A stretch of 64,000 nt of DNA from NCBI RefSeq assembly GCF_009914755.1, contig NC_060937.1; one strand, written 5' to 3'. This stretch comes from the human T2T-CHM13v2.0 reference genome, Homo sapiens. Positions 43,604-64,000 of this stretch are shown piece after piece. The position numbers were made by a program, and so were the translations under genes. The notes under the pieces are model-generated. The model was given only the letters and a program-made list of their open reading frames with translations. It did not search any database and was not told where the DNA came from. Positions within the stretch are counted from its first letter, which is position 1. Each line of letters opens with the position of its first letter.

Positions 43604-46425
43604 TAGGGGTTGGCCTCTGTCTGCGACTGTTACTGTTCTTTCGTTTTAAACGAACGCTGGACAGGATTTGCGTGCTCTTCCTCCTCGGGTGGCATCGGAA
43701 GCCGCGCAGTGATGGATCTCTCTTTATAGAGAGGTTCGTTCTTGCTGTTTGAATTTTGCAGTCGTGTGCCCTTTTGCGTTGCATTTTCATTGAAATCTTA
43801 TTTTCAGAGACTGACTTGCTTTTTAAAATGGGGTGACCTCACTGGCTTTCCCATAAATAGTGCCAATAAAGAGGACTTTTCTTGGAGTGGAATGAACAGG
43901 TGGGAGGGACTTTTTTATTTATTTATTTATTTTTTTACCTAGGAACCAACGAACTGTCTTTAATTTTTTAAATTAAACTGTAGAAGAAAAGTGAGATTAG
44001 AGAAGCCTTATTTTCTTATTTCTTGGAAACTTTTTAGCTTGGTTATCAGAAAACTTGAGGCTGACAGCATTTATTCAGTTGACATCTGGTTAGCACTGTC
44101 TACTTTCCATGAATGAGTAACTTTAGGGGGAGGCTTGCTGTAGTCCTTCTTTACTTTAGGTCCTTTTTATGTAGGACCCTTTCTGTTTTTCCAAGCTGTG
44201 TTTTCATTACTGTCTTTGTGTCTCTGTTGCGTGATTGCATGGAAGGGATTGGGAAATGGAGATCCTTACTGGTTTCCTATTGGGAACTGCAGTGTTCCTT
44301 TTCCCTTACACTCTGTCATGTGAGAGCTCTAACTGTAAAGTACATTAGTTAATTGGTTTCATTCAAGAATCAAAATATATGGAGTTACAGTAAGCCTTTC
44401 AGAGGTGTATTCATCATCCACCTTAATACTTTTTGGCAGCTGTGCAGGTAGCTCAAGGTGTAAAAAAATCAAACAACTCATCACTTTTGGGAACTTTAAG
44501 CCATTTTTTCAAAGCTGCACCCTTATTTCTGTAAAGCCCAGGGTGTATTGTAATCTCAGTTTCAGTCTGAATGTGGTACTAGAAAATGCTCTCATGATGG
44601 TCCTTAGATTTCACTAATAACTCTCAGCCCTTATGCCACTTTCAAATTATTTTAGGTTGATTTAGTCCCTACTTAGCCTTTTCTGATGGTATGTATGTAA
44701 ACAGTGGAAGGAAACTTGTTTACATTTTTGATGGGGAGATATATGGGATCAGTTTTATGCTTAAAATATTTGCATTTTAAAATTTATTGTGATATTGTTT
44801 GTAAATATGAGATTAGTAATCTATTAATAACTTTCCTTCTTTTGAATGGATTTCTGTCATATTTAGTTAGCATCCTATTACTAGCATTTTGGTACCTAGG
44901 CTTTCTTTTTATAGTTTAATTTTGTCCAAATAGCATTGAAATAATCAACTTTAACAGAAATCACCCACTTAGTGGTATTAGTATATTAGCTCTTCAGATG
45001 GTTTGAAGCAAATCAAAGTTGAAGCAGGTTCTATTTCATTCAACAAGTACACAGGTGAATAAATCAAAGCCTTGATGCTTTACAAATGTTTCTAGAGACA
45101 AATGGCAGAGAATCTTCCTGAAAACAAGCCTGAGATTAGAATTCCAGGTGGAAAAACAAGGAGGGTTCATTAATCTTAGTGGGATGGTCTTAAAAATTTT
45201 AAAGTTACCTGATTTACATAATTTTATTATTACATTTTATGCATCAAGATTTTGTTTGCATTGCAAATCTTTTTGATGAAGAAAATATCAACAGGGTTTA
45301 ATTTTTAAAGTTTAACCCACTTGTTAATGCTTGCAAAGCACTCTGTTCCTTTATCACTGCAGACTATAGTGTCCCAGTAGTGTGGTCTCAGAAATAAGAG
45401 TGCTGTTCATTTGGTTCCCTGATATGTTTGCAGGATGGCAACTTATTTTTATTTCCTGTGTTTATTAAGAAACAACTGGAGTGGGTATATAGTACCTTAT
45501 TTTAAAAATATTTAAAACTACAAGTTTTACATGCTCATTGTAAAAAAACTAAAACATAGATGTAGGTATAAGGTCACAAAAATTATCTTCCTTGTCCCCA
45601 ATTTATTACCGTGACTCAGAATTCACCCTGTTAATACTCTGCAGCTCCTTCAAGATAAAAAAATATAATTACAACAATCAATATACAAACATATACACAT
45701 CAGTTTTTTTTAACACTTGCCTTTCATTGAACATACATTGGACATTTGTGTATTCATGTGACATCACATCTCCCAGTAACAAAGGCATCATTATTAGAGT
45801 AACAATATTAAGGAACAAGTTACTGTTAACTGTATCACCTACAGTTTTTCATGCATTTTTTATTGTGATTTCATCCTAATGGGTTGAACAAAATGTGTTT
45901 GCTTATTTATTTAGAATAGCACTTCCTGCTAAAATGTCATAAGTTCAGGAAAGTTTACAAATGTAGATTAATCACTGGATATTTTAGCTATTCTTTTATG
46001 TAAGTATATCTTTTCTAATAAAACCTTAGAATACATTATTTTCCTTTTATTAACAACTTGGACAATATTTGGGTTAAGAGTTATGTGTGTAAGGAAAATC
46101 ATGACTAACAGAACCAATATTTTCTTTATGATAGTTCATTAGTTAATGATTAACCAGGTCTTTGAGATCATTTTTCTGAATAATTATTTAACCTATAAGT
46201 AGTATCTTAAAAAAAACAGCTTTAAAGAGAATGGAGTGTTATGCTCTCCCTTTTGACAAAAAAGCTTTGATGAAACAATTTTCTTATTTCTTTGAATATT
46301 TATCTTAATTGAATTTTAAGTCTTGAATGTTGCCTTAATACTACCTGATTATCTTAGCACAGTATTGCTGGAATTAAGTGTCTCAGAAAGTTAAAGTTGA
46401 TGGCAATTCCAGAACCTGAATTCTT

Positions 46426-46895
46426 TCTTTCTTTCTTTCTTTCTTTACTTATTTATTTATTTTTTATTATTATACTTTAAGTTTTAGGGTACATGTGCAC
46501 ATTGTGCAGGTTAGTTACATATGTATACATGTGCCATGCTGGTGCGCTGCACCCACTAACTCATCATCTAGCATTAGGTATATCTCCCAATGCTATCCCT
46601 CCCCCCTCCCCCCACCCCACTACAGTCCCCAGAATGTGATATTCCCCTTCCTGTGTCCATGTGATCTCATTGTTCAATTCCCACCTATGAGTGAGAATAT
46701 GCGGTGTTTGGTTTTTTGTTCTTGCGATAGTTTACTGAGAATGATGATTTCCAATTTCATCCATGTCCCTACAAAGGACATGAACTCATCATTTTTTATG
46801 GCTGCATAGTATTCCATGGTGTATATGTGCCACATTTTCTTAATCCAGTATATCATTGTTGGACATTTGGGTTGGTTCCAAGTCTTTGCTATCGT
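46426..46895 (-). mobile_element. 5'-truncated L1PA2-like element in SLAIN1 intron 1
   Basis: TSD GAACCTGAATTCTT at 46412-46425 and 46896-46909; young diagnostics (GAGATCAC, CACAATGTGCAC on minus) but GAG rather than ACA at the Ta position; tail has become (TTTC)n(TTTA)n. Confidence 0.9.
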
Positions 46896-48579
46896 GAACC
46901 TGAATTCTTAAGTCATCTTATAGCCCTATAGTAAAACTCTCATCCTGCTATACTGATTCCTCAGTTATCTTACTAATTTGATAGGCTTAGCTCTCCAGAA
47001 GGCCATTGGCTAGAAAGGAAAAGGGAAAAGTCTGAGTATCAGGAGCAAATAAAAAGCTCAAAGGGACTAAAATATCCATGCATACATGGGACACAGTGTG
47101 ATTGGATGCTTTTTCTATCTTTATGGAAGAAATGTTTTTAAGATTTATATTTGTCCTAATGTCACCAGGCTCTGCAGCACCAGAGTACAAACAGAGTAAT
47201 TCAGATTGGTCTGAAGTGGCAATGGGAGCCATTAGCTAACTGCATACTAGACCTTCCTATGACCTGTTTCAGCCCTCTTATTTCAGTGTTGAGGGACGGG
47301 AGCTCTGAGGCAAAATGGCTTATGTAAGCTCTTCTAGTTACTGATAGAGTTCAGACTAAAAATCAGATTATTTGTCCAGATTCAGAAGTGTTTACATCAC
47401 TGATATTTTTTTTTTCCCCAGAGCTAGCTGTGTAACTCATTAGTAAGTTTATAAAGTCAATTTAGTGGATTGACCAGCATTTTAAAAAAGTGAAGTGCAG
47501 TAGAATAGAAAATCAGAGTTTATCACATCTTATAATACAATGCTTGCTTTGATTAAATATGTTTTAGTTTTATAGATGTGGAAATATTAAACGTATTTTT
47601 GCATTATGATCAAAGTTAACAAAACTCTATACTGTTTGAAAGCAAAACGGAGAAAGCAGGTGGAAAAGCACTGAAGATAGTATAGTACTCTGAAGGGAAG
47701 TTAGGTCTTGCACACCTCAACCAGGAAGATGGTTCTATATGAGAAAATGCCACGATAAAAATAAGTCAGCCAATATAAAATGCAGCCATATAAGGAGGCT
47801 TTATTTTAGTAGAATGACAATTAACAGAACATTGAGACTATATAAACAGGATGTGGCAAGGATTTTTAACTTTCCCAACTGGGAAAGACAATGGAAAAGT
47901 TGTTAATTATACAAGGAAAAATGGTGACTTGTACAAATTAAGAAAAATTTAATGAATGAGATATTCATTTTCCACATGTAATACCAAGACCCCAGACAGC
48001 TGGCTAACATCATTGCCAATTTTTCATCAAAGCTGTTGAACACCTTGTGCTATACATATGGCACAACTAAATTAGACCACCTAAACTGTTTTTTGCATAA
48101 TTGATTTTCAGTGAAAAGACCAGAGGGTGCTTCCCTTTTTGACAGTGCTAATTGAAAATGTACAATGTTTTCTAGGAGCAAATGGAGTTGACTGAAGTGT
48201 ATGACGTGTGTTTGAAATAAGTAACTTTTAAATGTTGAAGTGAGGTGCTGAAGTAGTTTACCTGCAACTGGGCGAGGCAGGGTTGGGGGTGGAGGGAAAG
48301 TTTGTTATAGGACAGCTTAGTAAGTAACGCTTGAACTTCATGTATCCTTTTAAGAGCCTGTTGGAACTAAGTATTGTAGTGGCTATCTAGTTTGATCCTA
48401 GCAGGTGCCAGTGACTCAAACACTGTTACAGAGAACTAAAGATTCGTTGATCGTGCTTATTAGTGTTGATGTTTCAGCTTTCCTTAAAATAAAACTTGCA
48501 GAGATTGAAGGCTCTTAAAATTATTTGTCTGAAAATTACCACATATTACTTTTCAGTGGCAGGTCTAAAAAAAAAAAAT

Positions 48580-50090
48580 TATATATATATATATACACAC
48601 ACATATATATTTTTATATGTGTATATATACACATATAAAATATATATACATATGTTTTATAAGTGTATATATACACATATAAAATATATATACATATGTT
48701 TTATAAGTGTATATATACACATATAAAATATATATACATATGTTTTATATGTGTATATATACACATATAAAATATATATACATATGTTTTATATGTGTAT
48801 ATATACACATATAAAATATATATACATATGTTTTATATGTGTATATATACACATATAAAACATATGTATATATATTTTATATGTGTATATATACACATAT
48901 AAAATATATATACATATGTTTTATATGTGTATATATACACATATAAAATATATATACATATGTTTTATATGTGTATATATACACATATAAAATATATATA
49001 CATATGTTTTCTATGTATATATACATAGAAAATATGTACATATGTTTTATATGTATATATACATAGAAAATATATGTACATATGTTTTCTATGTATATAT
49101 ACATAGAAAATATATGTACATATGTTTTCTATGTATATATACATAGAAAATATATATACATGTTTTATATGTATATATACATAGAAAATATATATACATA
49201 TGTTTTATATGTATATATATAGAAAATATATACATATGTTTTATATGTATATATACATAGAAACTGTATATACATAGGTTTTATATGTATATATACATAG
49301 AAACTGTATATACATAGGTTTTATATGTATATATACATAGAAACTGTATATACATAGGTTTTATATGTATATATACATAGAAACTGTATATACAGAGGTT
49401 TTATATGTATATATACATAGAAACTATATACAGAGGTTTTATATGTATATATACATAGAAACTGTATATACAGAGGTTTTATATGTATATATACATAGAA
49501 ACTGTATATACAGAGGTTTTATATGTATATATACATAGAAACTGTATATACAGAGGTTTTATATGTATATATACATAGAAACTGTATATACAGAGGTTTT
49601 ATATGTATATATACATAGAAACTGTATATACAGAGGTTTTATATGTATATATACATAGAAACTGTATATACAGAGGTTTTATATGTATATATACATAGAA
49701 ACTGTATATACAGAGGTTTTATATGTATATATACATAGAAACTGTATATACAGAGGTTTTATATGTATATATACATAGAAACTGTATATACAGAGGTTTT
49801 ATATGTATATATACATAGAAACTGTATATACAGAGGTTTTATATGTATATATACATAGAAACTGTATATACAGAGGTTTTATATGTATATATACATAGAA
49901 ACTGTATATACAGAGGTTTTATATGTATATATACATAGAAACTGTATATACATAGGTTTTATATGTATATATACATAGAAACTGTATATACATAGGTTTT
50001 ATATGTATATATACATAGAAACTGTATATACATAGGTTTTATATGTATATATACACACATAAAATATATACTTGTGTGTATATATATGTG
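48580..50090. repeat. AT-rich minisatellite, ~38-44 bp units
   Basis: About 15 near-identical 40-mers ATATGTATATATACATAGAAACTGTATATACAGAGGTTTT at 49441-50040, preceded by 42-44 bp variants. Confidence 0.97.
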
Positions 50091-53000
50091 ACTGTACCAT
50101 TTGTTTTTTGTATTATCTGCAAAAAGATGACTTTAGAACCAAATATTTTGAGAATAACTGAGACTTTGTTTTCCAGACAGTTGTCATACTTCATTGGAAA
50201 CATTCAGGGTTATCATGGGCTTTATATTATTTTTGTTCTCCCAGCATAGAATGTGATGTGTATGGAAAAGAAGGGGTTCTATGAGAAGGATAGTAGTTTC
50301 TGGTGTGTGTGGTTTGGAAGCAATTTAAGAAAAGTTAAAGAAAATTAGAGTGACATTCCAAATAGTAGTTTGAAATGTATATTTCAAATATAATTTGAAG
50401 AATTCTGAAAATTTAGATTAAGACTTTTCAGATGCTCTTGCCAGAATCCAATATACCATTAATGAAACTACTGAAGTTGAAAAAAATGTTTATAAGTCAC
50501 TAGAATGTATGATGTACTAATGATGGCCAGATAGGACATTGTAAATGTTACTTGCATTCTAATGACATTGAATAAAGTGATTTTTAAAATGACTTTTTGG
50601 AGGGTTAGAGCTATATAGGAGAAATACAGATTTTTTTTTTTTTTTTAAAAACCTTGCCTATCTAATTTTGGAGCTGTGTTGTACTCAAGGAGTTTTTAGC
50701 CACATGATCTCTATAACTAGTTTTTTGTATTATCTGCAAAAAGATGACTTTAGAACCAAATATTTTGAGAATAACTGAGACTTTTTTTTTCTAGACAATT
50801 GTCATACTTCATTGGAAACATTCAGGGTTATTGTGGGCTTTTTCTTTCTTTAAATCCAGCTCTAGGCCAAGTCATAGAAACACTAGGCTCAAAGCTATCC
50901 TGCTCACTGTCAGGAGACTGACTCTGAAAATGATCACTTCTGTCTTAATGCCATACATTTGTATAGCACCTCAACAGTTTTATCAAAATAATATAATAAC
51001 ATGTTAGTAGTTTTCAAAACTCCCCTTGTTAGGCTTATTACAGGAAGCAGTCCTCTACTCCCTCCTCCTGCTGAGTCCTTCACATAGGCATCACTTTATA
51101 CTCTACTAGCTGTTTCTTTTTCCTAAACAGTCTTTATACTTTTATGATCTTAGACATCTATGGACTTATTATGAAAGAAGAAAACTTAGCTCTCTTCCTC
51201 TCACCCTTGACTACCATATCTCTTTTCCCTTCTCATAATGGTTTTTATGGTTTTTCTTTTATATTTAATGTCTGCATTATGATTATAATTTACTAGCTAA
51301 GTCCTGTTAATTGCATGTTAAACATGTATTTTCTCTGACCCCTTTGTTCCTCCAAGAGTTAGTAATGGCACTTCTTCTCTCCTCTTCACTTTCTTTAATT
51401 ACCTATCAGAAATTATTTCCCCAAACACGCTAAAGGAGCCATAAAATCCCTCATTAAGGTCATACACATTTGGCAGTCTGTTAAATCTGCTTTTTTAAAA
51501 TTTATATTGTAGTGCTATCCCCTCTGAAACTCTTAATCTCATTGCTCTAGTTTTTACTGTTTGCCCCCTAAGCTGGATGCATACTGCTGTTGCCATGGGA
51601 ACTCTTTCAGTTTCTTGGCAATGTGGATTCCCTTCTTCTTAAATCCTTTTCGTTTGTATTTTTTTATTCTCTTAGGTGGGGCACAGCCTTCAATAGCTTT
51701 CTGAGAAAGGAGACCTGCAGGAGAGGCACACTTTGAGATCCTGCGTATTTGAAAATGTCATTGTTCTGCCCTTACATAAGATTCATAGTTGGACTGGCTA
51801 TAAAAGTCTAAGTTAACCTTTCCCTCATGTTTGAAGGCACTGTTCCATTTTGTTCTAGCTTCTGTTATGTTCTAGCTGTTGAGTGCACTGTGTTTGGATA
51901 TCTAATCCTTTTTGACTTTTTCTTTTGCTTCCTTTATTCCTAGTATTCTAAAATGTCATGTTGTACCTTGGTATGGGTTATTTTATTTAATATACTGGAC
52001 ATTCGTGCACACTTTCACTCTAGAATTGCATGGCCTGACTTCCACTCTGGAAATTTTCTTGCTCTTTTTTTTTTCTTCAAAATAACTTTCCAGTTTCTTT
52101 CTTTTCTTTCTTTCTTTTTTTTAAGAACTTGTAACAGACAGATGTAGGTCATTCCATCTGGCTTAATCACTTGATTTTCTTATCTGTCTTATCCCATTGC
52201 TAATCTGTTTTTATTTTGTTTTCAGGAGACTTCTTCAACTTGATATTCCAAACTCATTTACTGACTCTTTTGTTTTTGCTATGATAGTTTCATTTCCCAA
52301 GCATGAATAAACTGTTTTTTTCAATATCCATGTGTATGTGTGTGCTTGTGTGTGTGTGTGAATGTAACATTTTCTTTTAGATGATATAAATTATATTCGT
52401 CTTGACATTTTCATCTGTTCCCTGCATTGTTTTTCTCTTTGGTTCTCTTTACTCCCTCTACTTTTAGTCTCAGTGTTTCATGTAAAAGGAATATTTCACA
52501 TATTTGGTGTCACTGGTTGTCTGTTCATACCCAAAGGAGGTGCCGAAGCCGATCTAAAGCTCTTAATGGATGGAGCTCCTTGGTGCAGTTTACTAGTGAT
52601 TGGATGGGTAGCCAGGCCACATTCAAGCATCTCTAGGTCTTCTCTTGGATTCATCTTTTTCTCTATGCATAAACCTTCTATACTCCTAGGAGATGTAAGC
52701 AAGGCAGTCATTTCTAGGAATATAAAGAAAGAAATGGGGCCAGAATTCTAACGAGTCAGCATGTGGACTTCCATTTAATGTTTGGTTAAGTAAGGTACCT
52801 CATTTATCCTTCAGCTAAGTTTGGTGTGCCTGAAGTCAGGGCTTCTCTGGATCAGCTTATTCACATAGCAAAGTCTCTGATCTCAGGTTGAGATGAAGAG
52901 GGGTGGTAGGACTGGCTGTATTGGAGGGGATTTGGGATTCCAGTTGTCCCTTAGGTAGACTTTCAACTGGATTCACTGCTTTTAGTGCCATGATCATCCC

Positions 53001-53460
53001 TACCTTCTATGAAATGCGGAGTGGGAATGAGATATAGTACCAGACAATAGGAATTGGACTATGGAGTATGAAAGAGAAATCTCCATAAGTGAACATGGCA
53101 TAGTGGGTCACTTAGAAACTGAATGTGCCTGTAGAAATGAGCACTGCTTTTGAATATGCTGTGAGGCAGTGTGGACAAATGAAATATTTGTATCACATAG
53201 GCCCTAAGTAATTGAAGACACCTTACTGTGGTGTTCCCCTACAAACAAAAAAAGGACTCTATCAAAAAAAGTGAATGGGAGTATCTGGAATCCAGAGTCA
53301 AGCTGGTTGGAGGAAGCTTCCTAGCAGCAGAAGAGATCAGCAATTCTCCCATTGGATACTGGAGGTAACAGGCAGAGCCGTGCTTTAGATAGCAGTTTCA
53401 GATGGTAGCTGAGAGGGATTTGAAAACAACAGGCACAAGCTCAGACAGAAACATGAATTC

Positions 53461-59168
<5,708 letters not shown>

Positions 59169-59317
59169 AGGAAAATTGGTGAAAAAAGTATTGAGATAAG
59201 GAAACTCCACAGTTGACTAACTAGTGGCTCATTTCTGTCAGGGCTGTGGTATTCATGGCTTTTTACATACGTGGTAGATGGCAGCTATGAATTTCTCATC
59301 TTAAGAACACTGAGTAC

Positions 59318-59620
59318 TGGTCATGGTGGGTCACACCTGTAATCCCAGCACCTTGAGAGGCTAAGGCAGGAAGATCACTTGAGCCCAGGCTTTTGAGACC
59401 AGCCTCGACAACATAGGAAGACCACATCTCTACAAAAAAACTTATAAAATAGCTGGGTGTGGTGGTGCATGCCTATGATCCTAGCAACTCAGGAGGCTGA
59501 GGTGGGAGGATTACTTGAGCTCAGAAGGTCAAAGCTGCAGTGAGGTGTGTTTGTCCCACTGCACTCCAGCCTGGGTGACAGAGCAAGACCATGTCTCAAA
59601 ACAGAACAAACAAAACCACA
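59318..59620 (+). mobile_element. Alu (AluJ-like)
   Basis: Dimeric Alu with GATCACTTGAGCCCAGG. Confidence 0.88.
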
Positions 59621-59644
59621 AAGCAGTGATTCCTTATCTTGTGA

Positions 59645-62560
<2,916 letters not shown>

Positions 62561-62709
62561 CACTTCCACCTCCCTTTAAGGAAAAACTTGTCCGCAAGCT
62601 TATCAGATGATTTTCTCTCAGTTTCTGTTGGCTAGGATTGTGTCTGGGGCGTGGGCCTAAACCAGTCAGGCAAAGGGGAACAATGAAAATACCATGATTG
62701 GCTTAGCTG

Positions 62710-62882
62710 AGTGCCTCTCAAGATGTGGTCTCCAGACCGGTAATATTAGCATCACCTGGAAGCTGCTTAGAAATCCAGATTCTTTGACCCTATGCATCAA
62801 ACTTTTAAGGGGTGTGGTTTAGCAATTTGTCTTAACAAGATGTTTAAGTAATTTTGAGGCATGAGACATTGAGAATAACTAG
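62710..62882. mobile_element. MER5-like hAT DNA transposon
   Basis: AGCATCACCTGGAAGCT..TTAGAAAT motif with degenerate termini CTCTCAA and TTGAGAA. Confidence 0.6.
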
Positions 62883-63154
62883 CCTGGACTAACCTATACT
62901 TGTGAGTAGGGAGAAGTACCGTGTACTGGGCAGTTTAGGCTATGTTGCAAGGAAGTGGAAGGGATTATTACCTACATAGGTAGGTGATAATCTTGCCATA
63001 GTAGGACTGAGCTGGGGCCCAAGAATATGATTTTTAACTATATATACTCTTGATGGAGTCACAACTGTGCAACACACTCTAAGGAAAAAAAAAAATATAT
63101 TGGACTTACAATTAAATCCATTGAGATCTATATTTTAGAGTCCTTACCTGTAAC

Positions 63155-63463
63155 TGGAGTGAACAAACTGTCTCAAGGGCAAATCAGAGCTGTTGCATGT
63201 TTTGTATGGTGGGTAAGATACGGTTTTATGTTTTTAAATGATGAAAAAAAATACAAAGAATGTGAAAACTATGGGAAATTCAACTTTCAATGTCTATAAA
63301 TCAATTTTAAAGGAACACAGCCACGTTTATTCGCTTACATATTGTCTAGGATGCCTTTGGACTGGAATGGCAGGGCTGAGTAGTTGTGACAGAGATCATG
63401 TGGCTTACAAAGCCTGAAATATTTACTTGCCGGTCCTTTACAGAAAACATTTGGCAATCCCTG
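63155..63463. mobile_element. MER58B-like hAT DNA transposon
   Basis: GGAACACAGCCAC, GAGTAGTTGTGACAGAGA and CCTTTACAGAAAA..TTTG..CCCTG motifs. Confidence 0.65.
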
Positions 63464-64000
63464 ATCTGTAAGAATAATTTACTGAAGAATAGTACATTCC
63501 CCAACCATCTTGTATAACTGATAAATTACTCTAATAGGTGAACGTTTTGTCTAGAACAGTGAAAGTATGAATAATGAAGTATGTTATTTCAAGAATATGT
63601 GCTTATTAGAATTGTGGTAGCTTTGTTGGAAAGAAGATTACTTTAGATTTGTAATTAATGTAAGCTTATAGTAGTAAGGTGTCACGTATTAGAGCCAGCA
63701 GTTTTGGGGAGGTAATTCACCCTCCCCCCTTTTTTAGTTAACTGCTGTTTATTCCTCAAGATAAACCTTTCTGTATAGCCCTATCACTGAAAATATTCTA
63801 AAATCTACCTTAACATGGCATATTAATGAGAGAAGCTTTTTTATAACTTGCAGTGCCTCCGGGTAGTCATTTTGAATACTATCCATTACTGTGTAATTGT
63901 GTAGGTGCTGAAAGTGAAGTCTTCGTAAAACATATCTTTTAAAGCTCTTTGTTTGGCTTTAATGAAAAAGAAACATATACCAAGGTTAGTATAGATTTGA

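Noticed and set aside
48496-49104. Tyr/Ile-rich ORFs
   Set aside because: Translations of the AT-rich minisatellite.

Overview
Primate DNA, most likely human (SLAIN1 locus, recalled as 13q22). Most of the window is interspersed repeats: nested L1s of several ages, Alus, LTR/MaLR, MIR and MER DNA transposons. The only clear host gene is SLAIN1: its CpG-island promoter, coding exon 1 (42587-43215, +), the overlapping antisense MIR3665 annotation and about 20 kb of intron 1. The most unusual structure is a ~4.6-kb TSD-flanked, polyA-tailed chimeric retrocopy (about 4199-8785). It joins spliced SPTLC1 5' exons to an antisense Alu at the Alu's cryptic 3' splice site. That Alu is split by an SVA2-type VNTR element, and beyond it lies an intact 416-codon NPAP1/UPF0607-like ORF on the opposite strand together with its upstream region. 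A second notable event is an L1PA3-like insertion (27460-31124) combining a 3' transduction, a twin-priming inversion and a ~1.7-kb internal gap. Smaller signals are templated hairpins and duplications, a tailless Alu and a 1.5-kb AT-rich minisatellite with graded units. Repeat subfamily names and reference comparisons are from recalled consensus sequences, not from searches.
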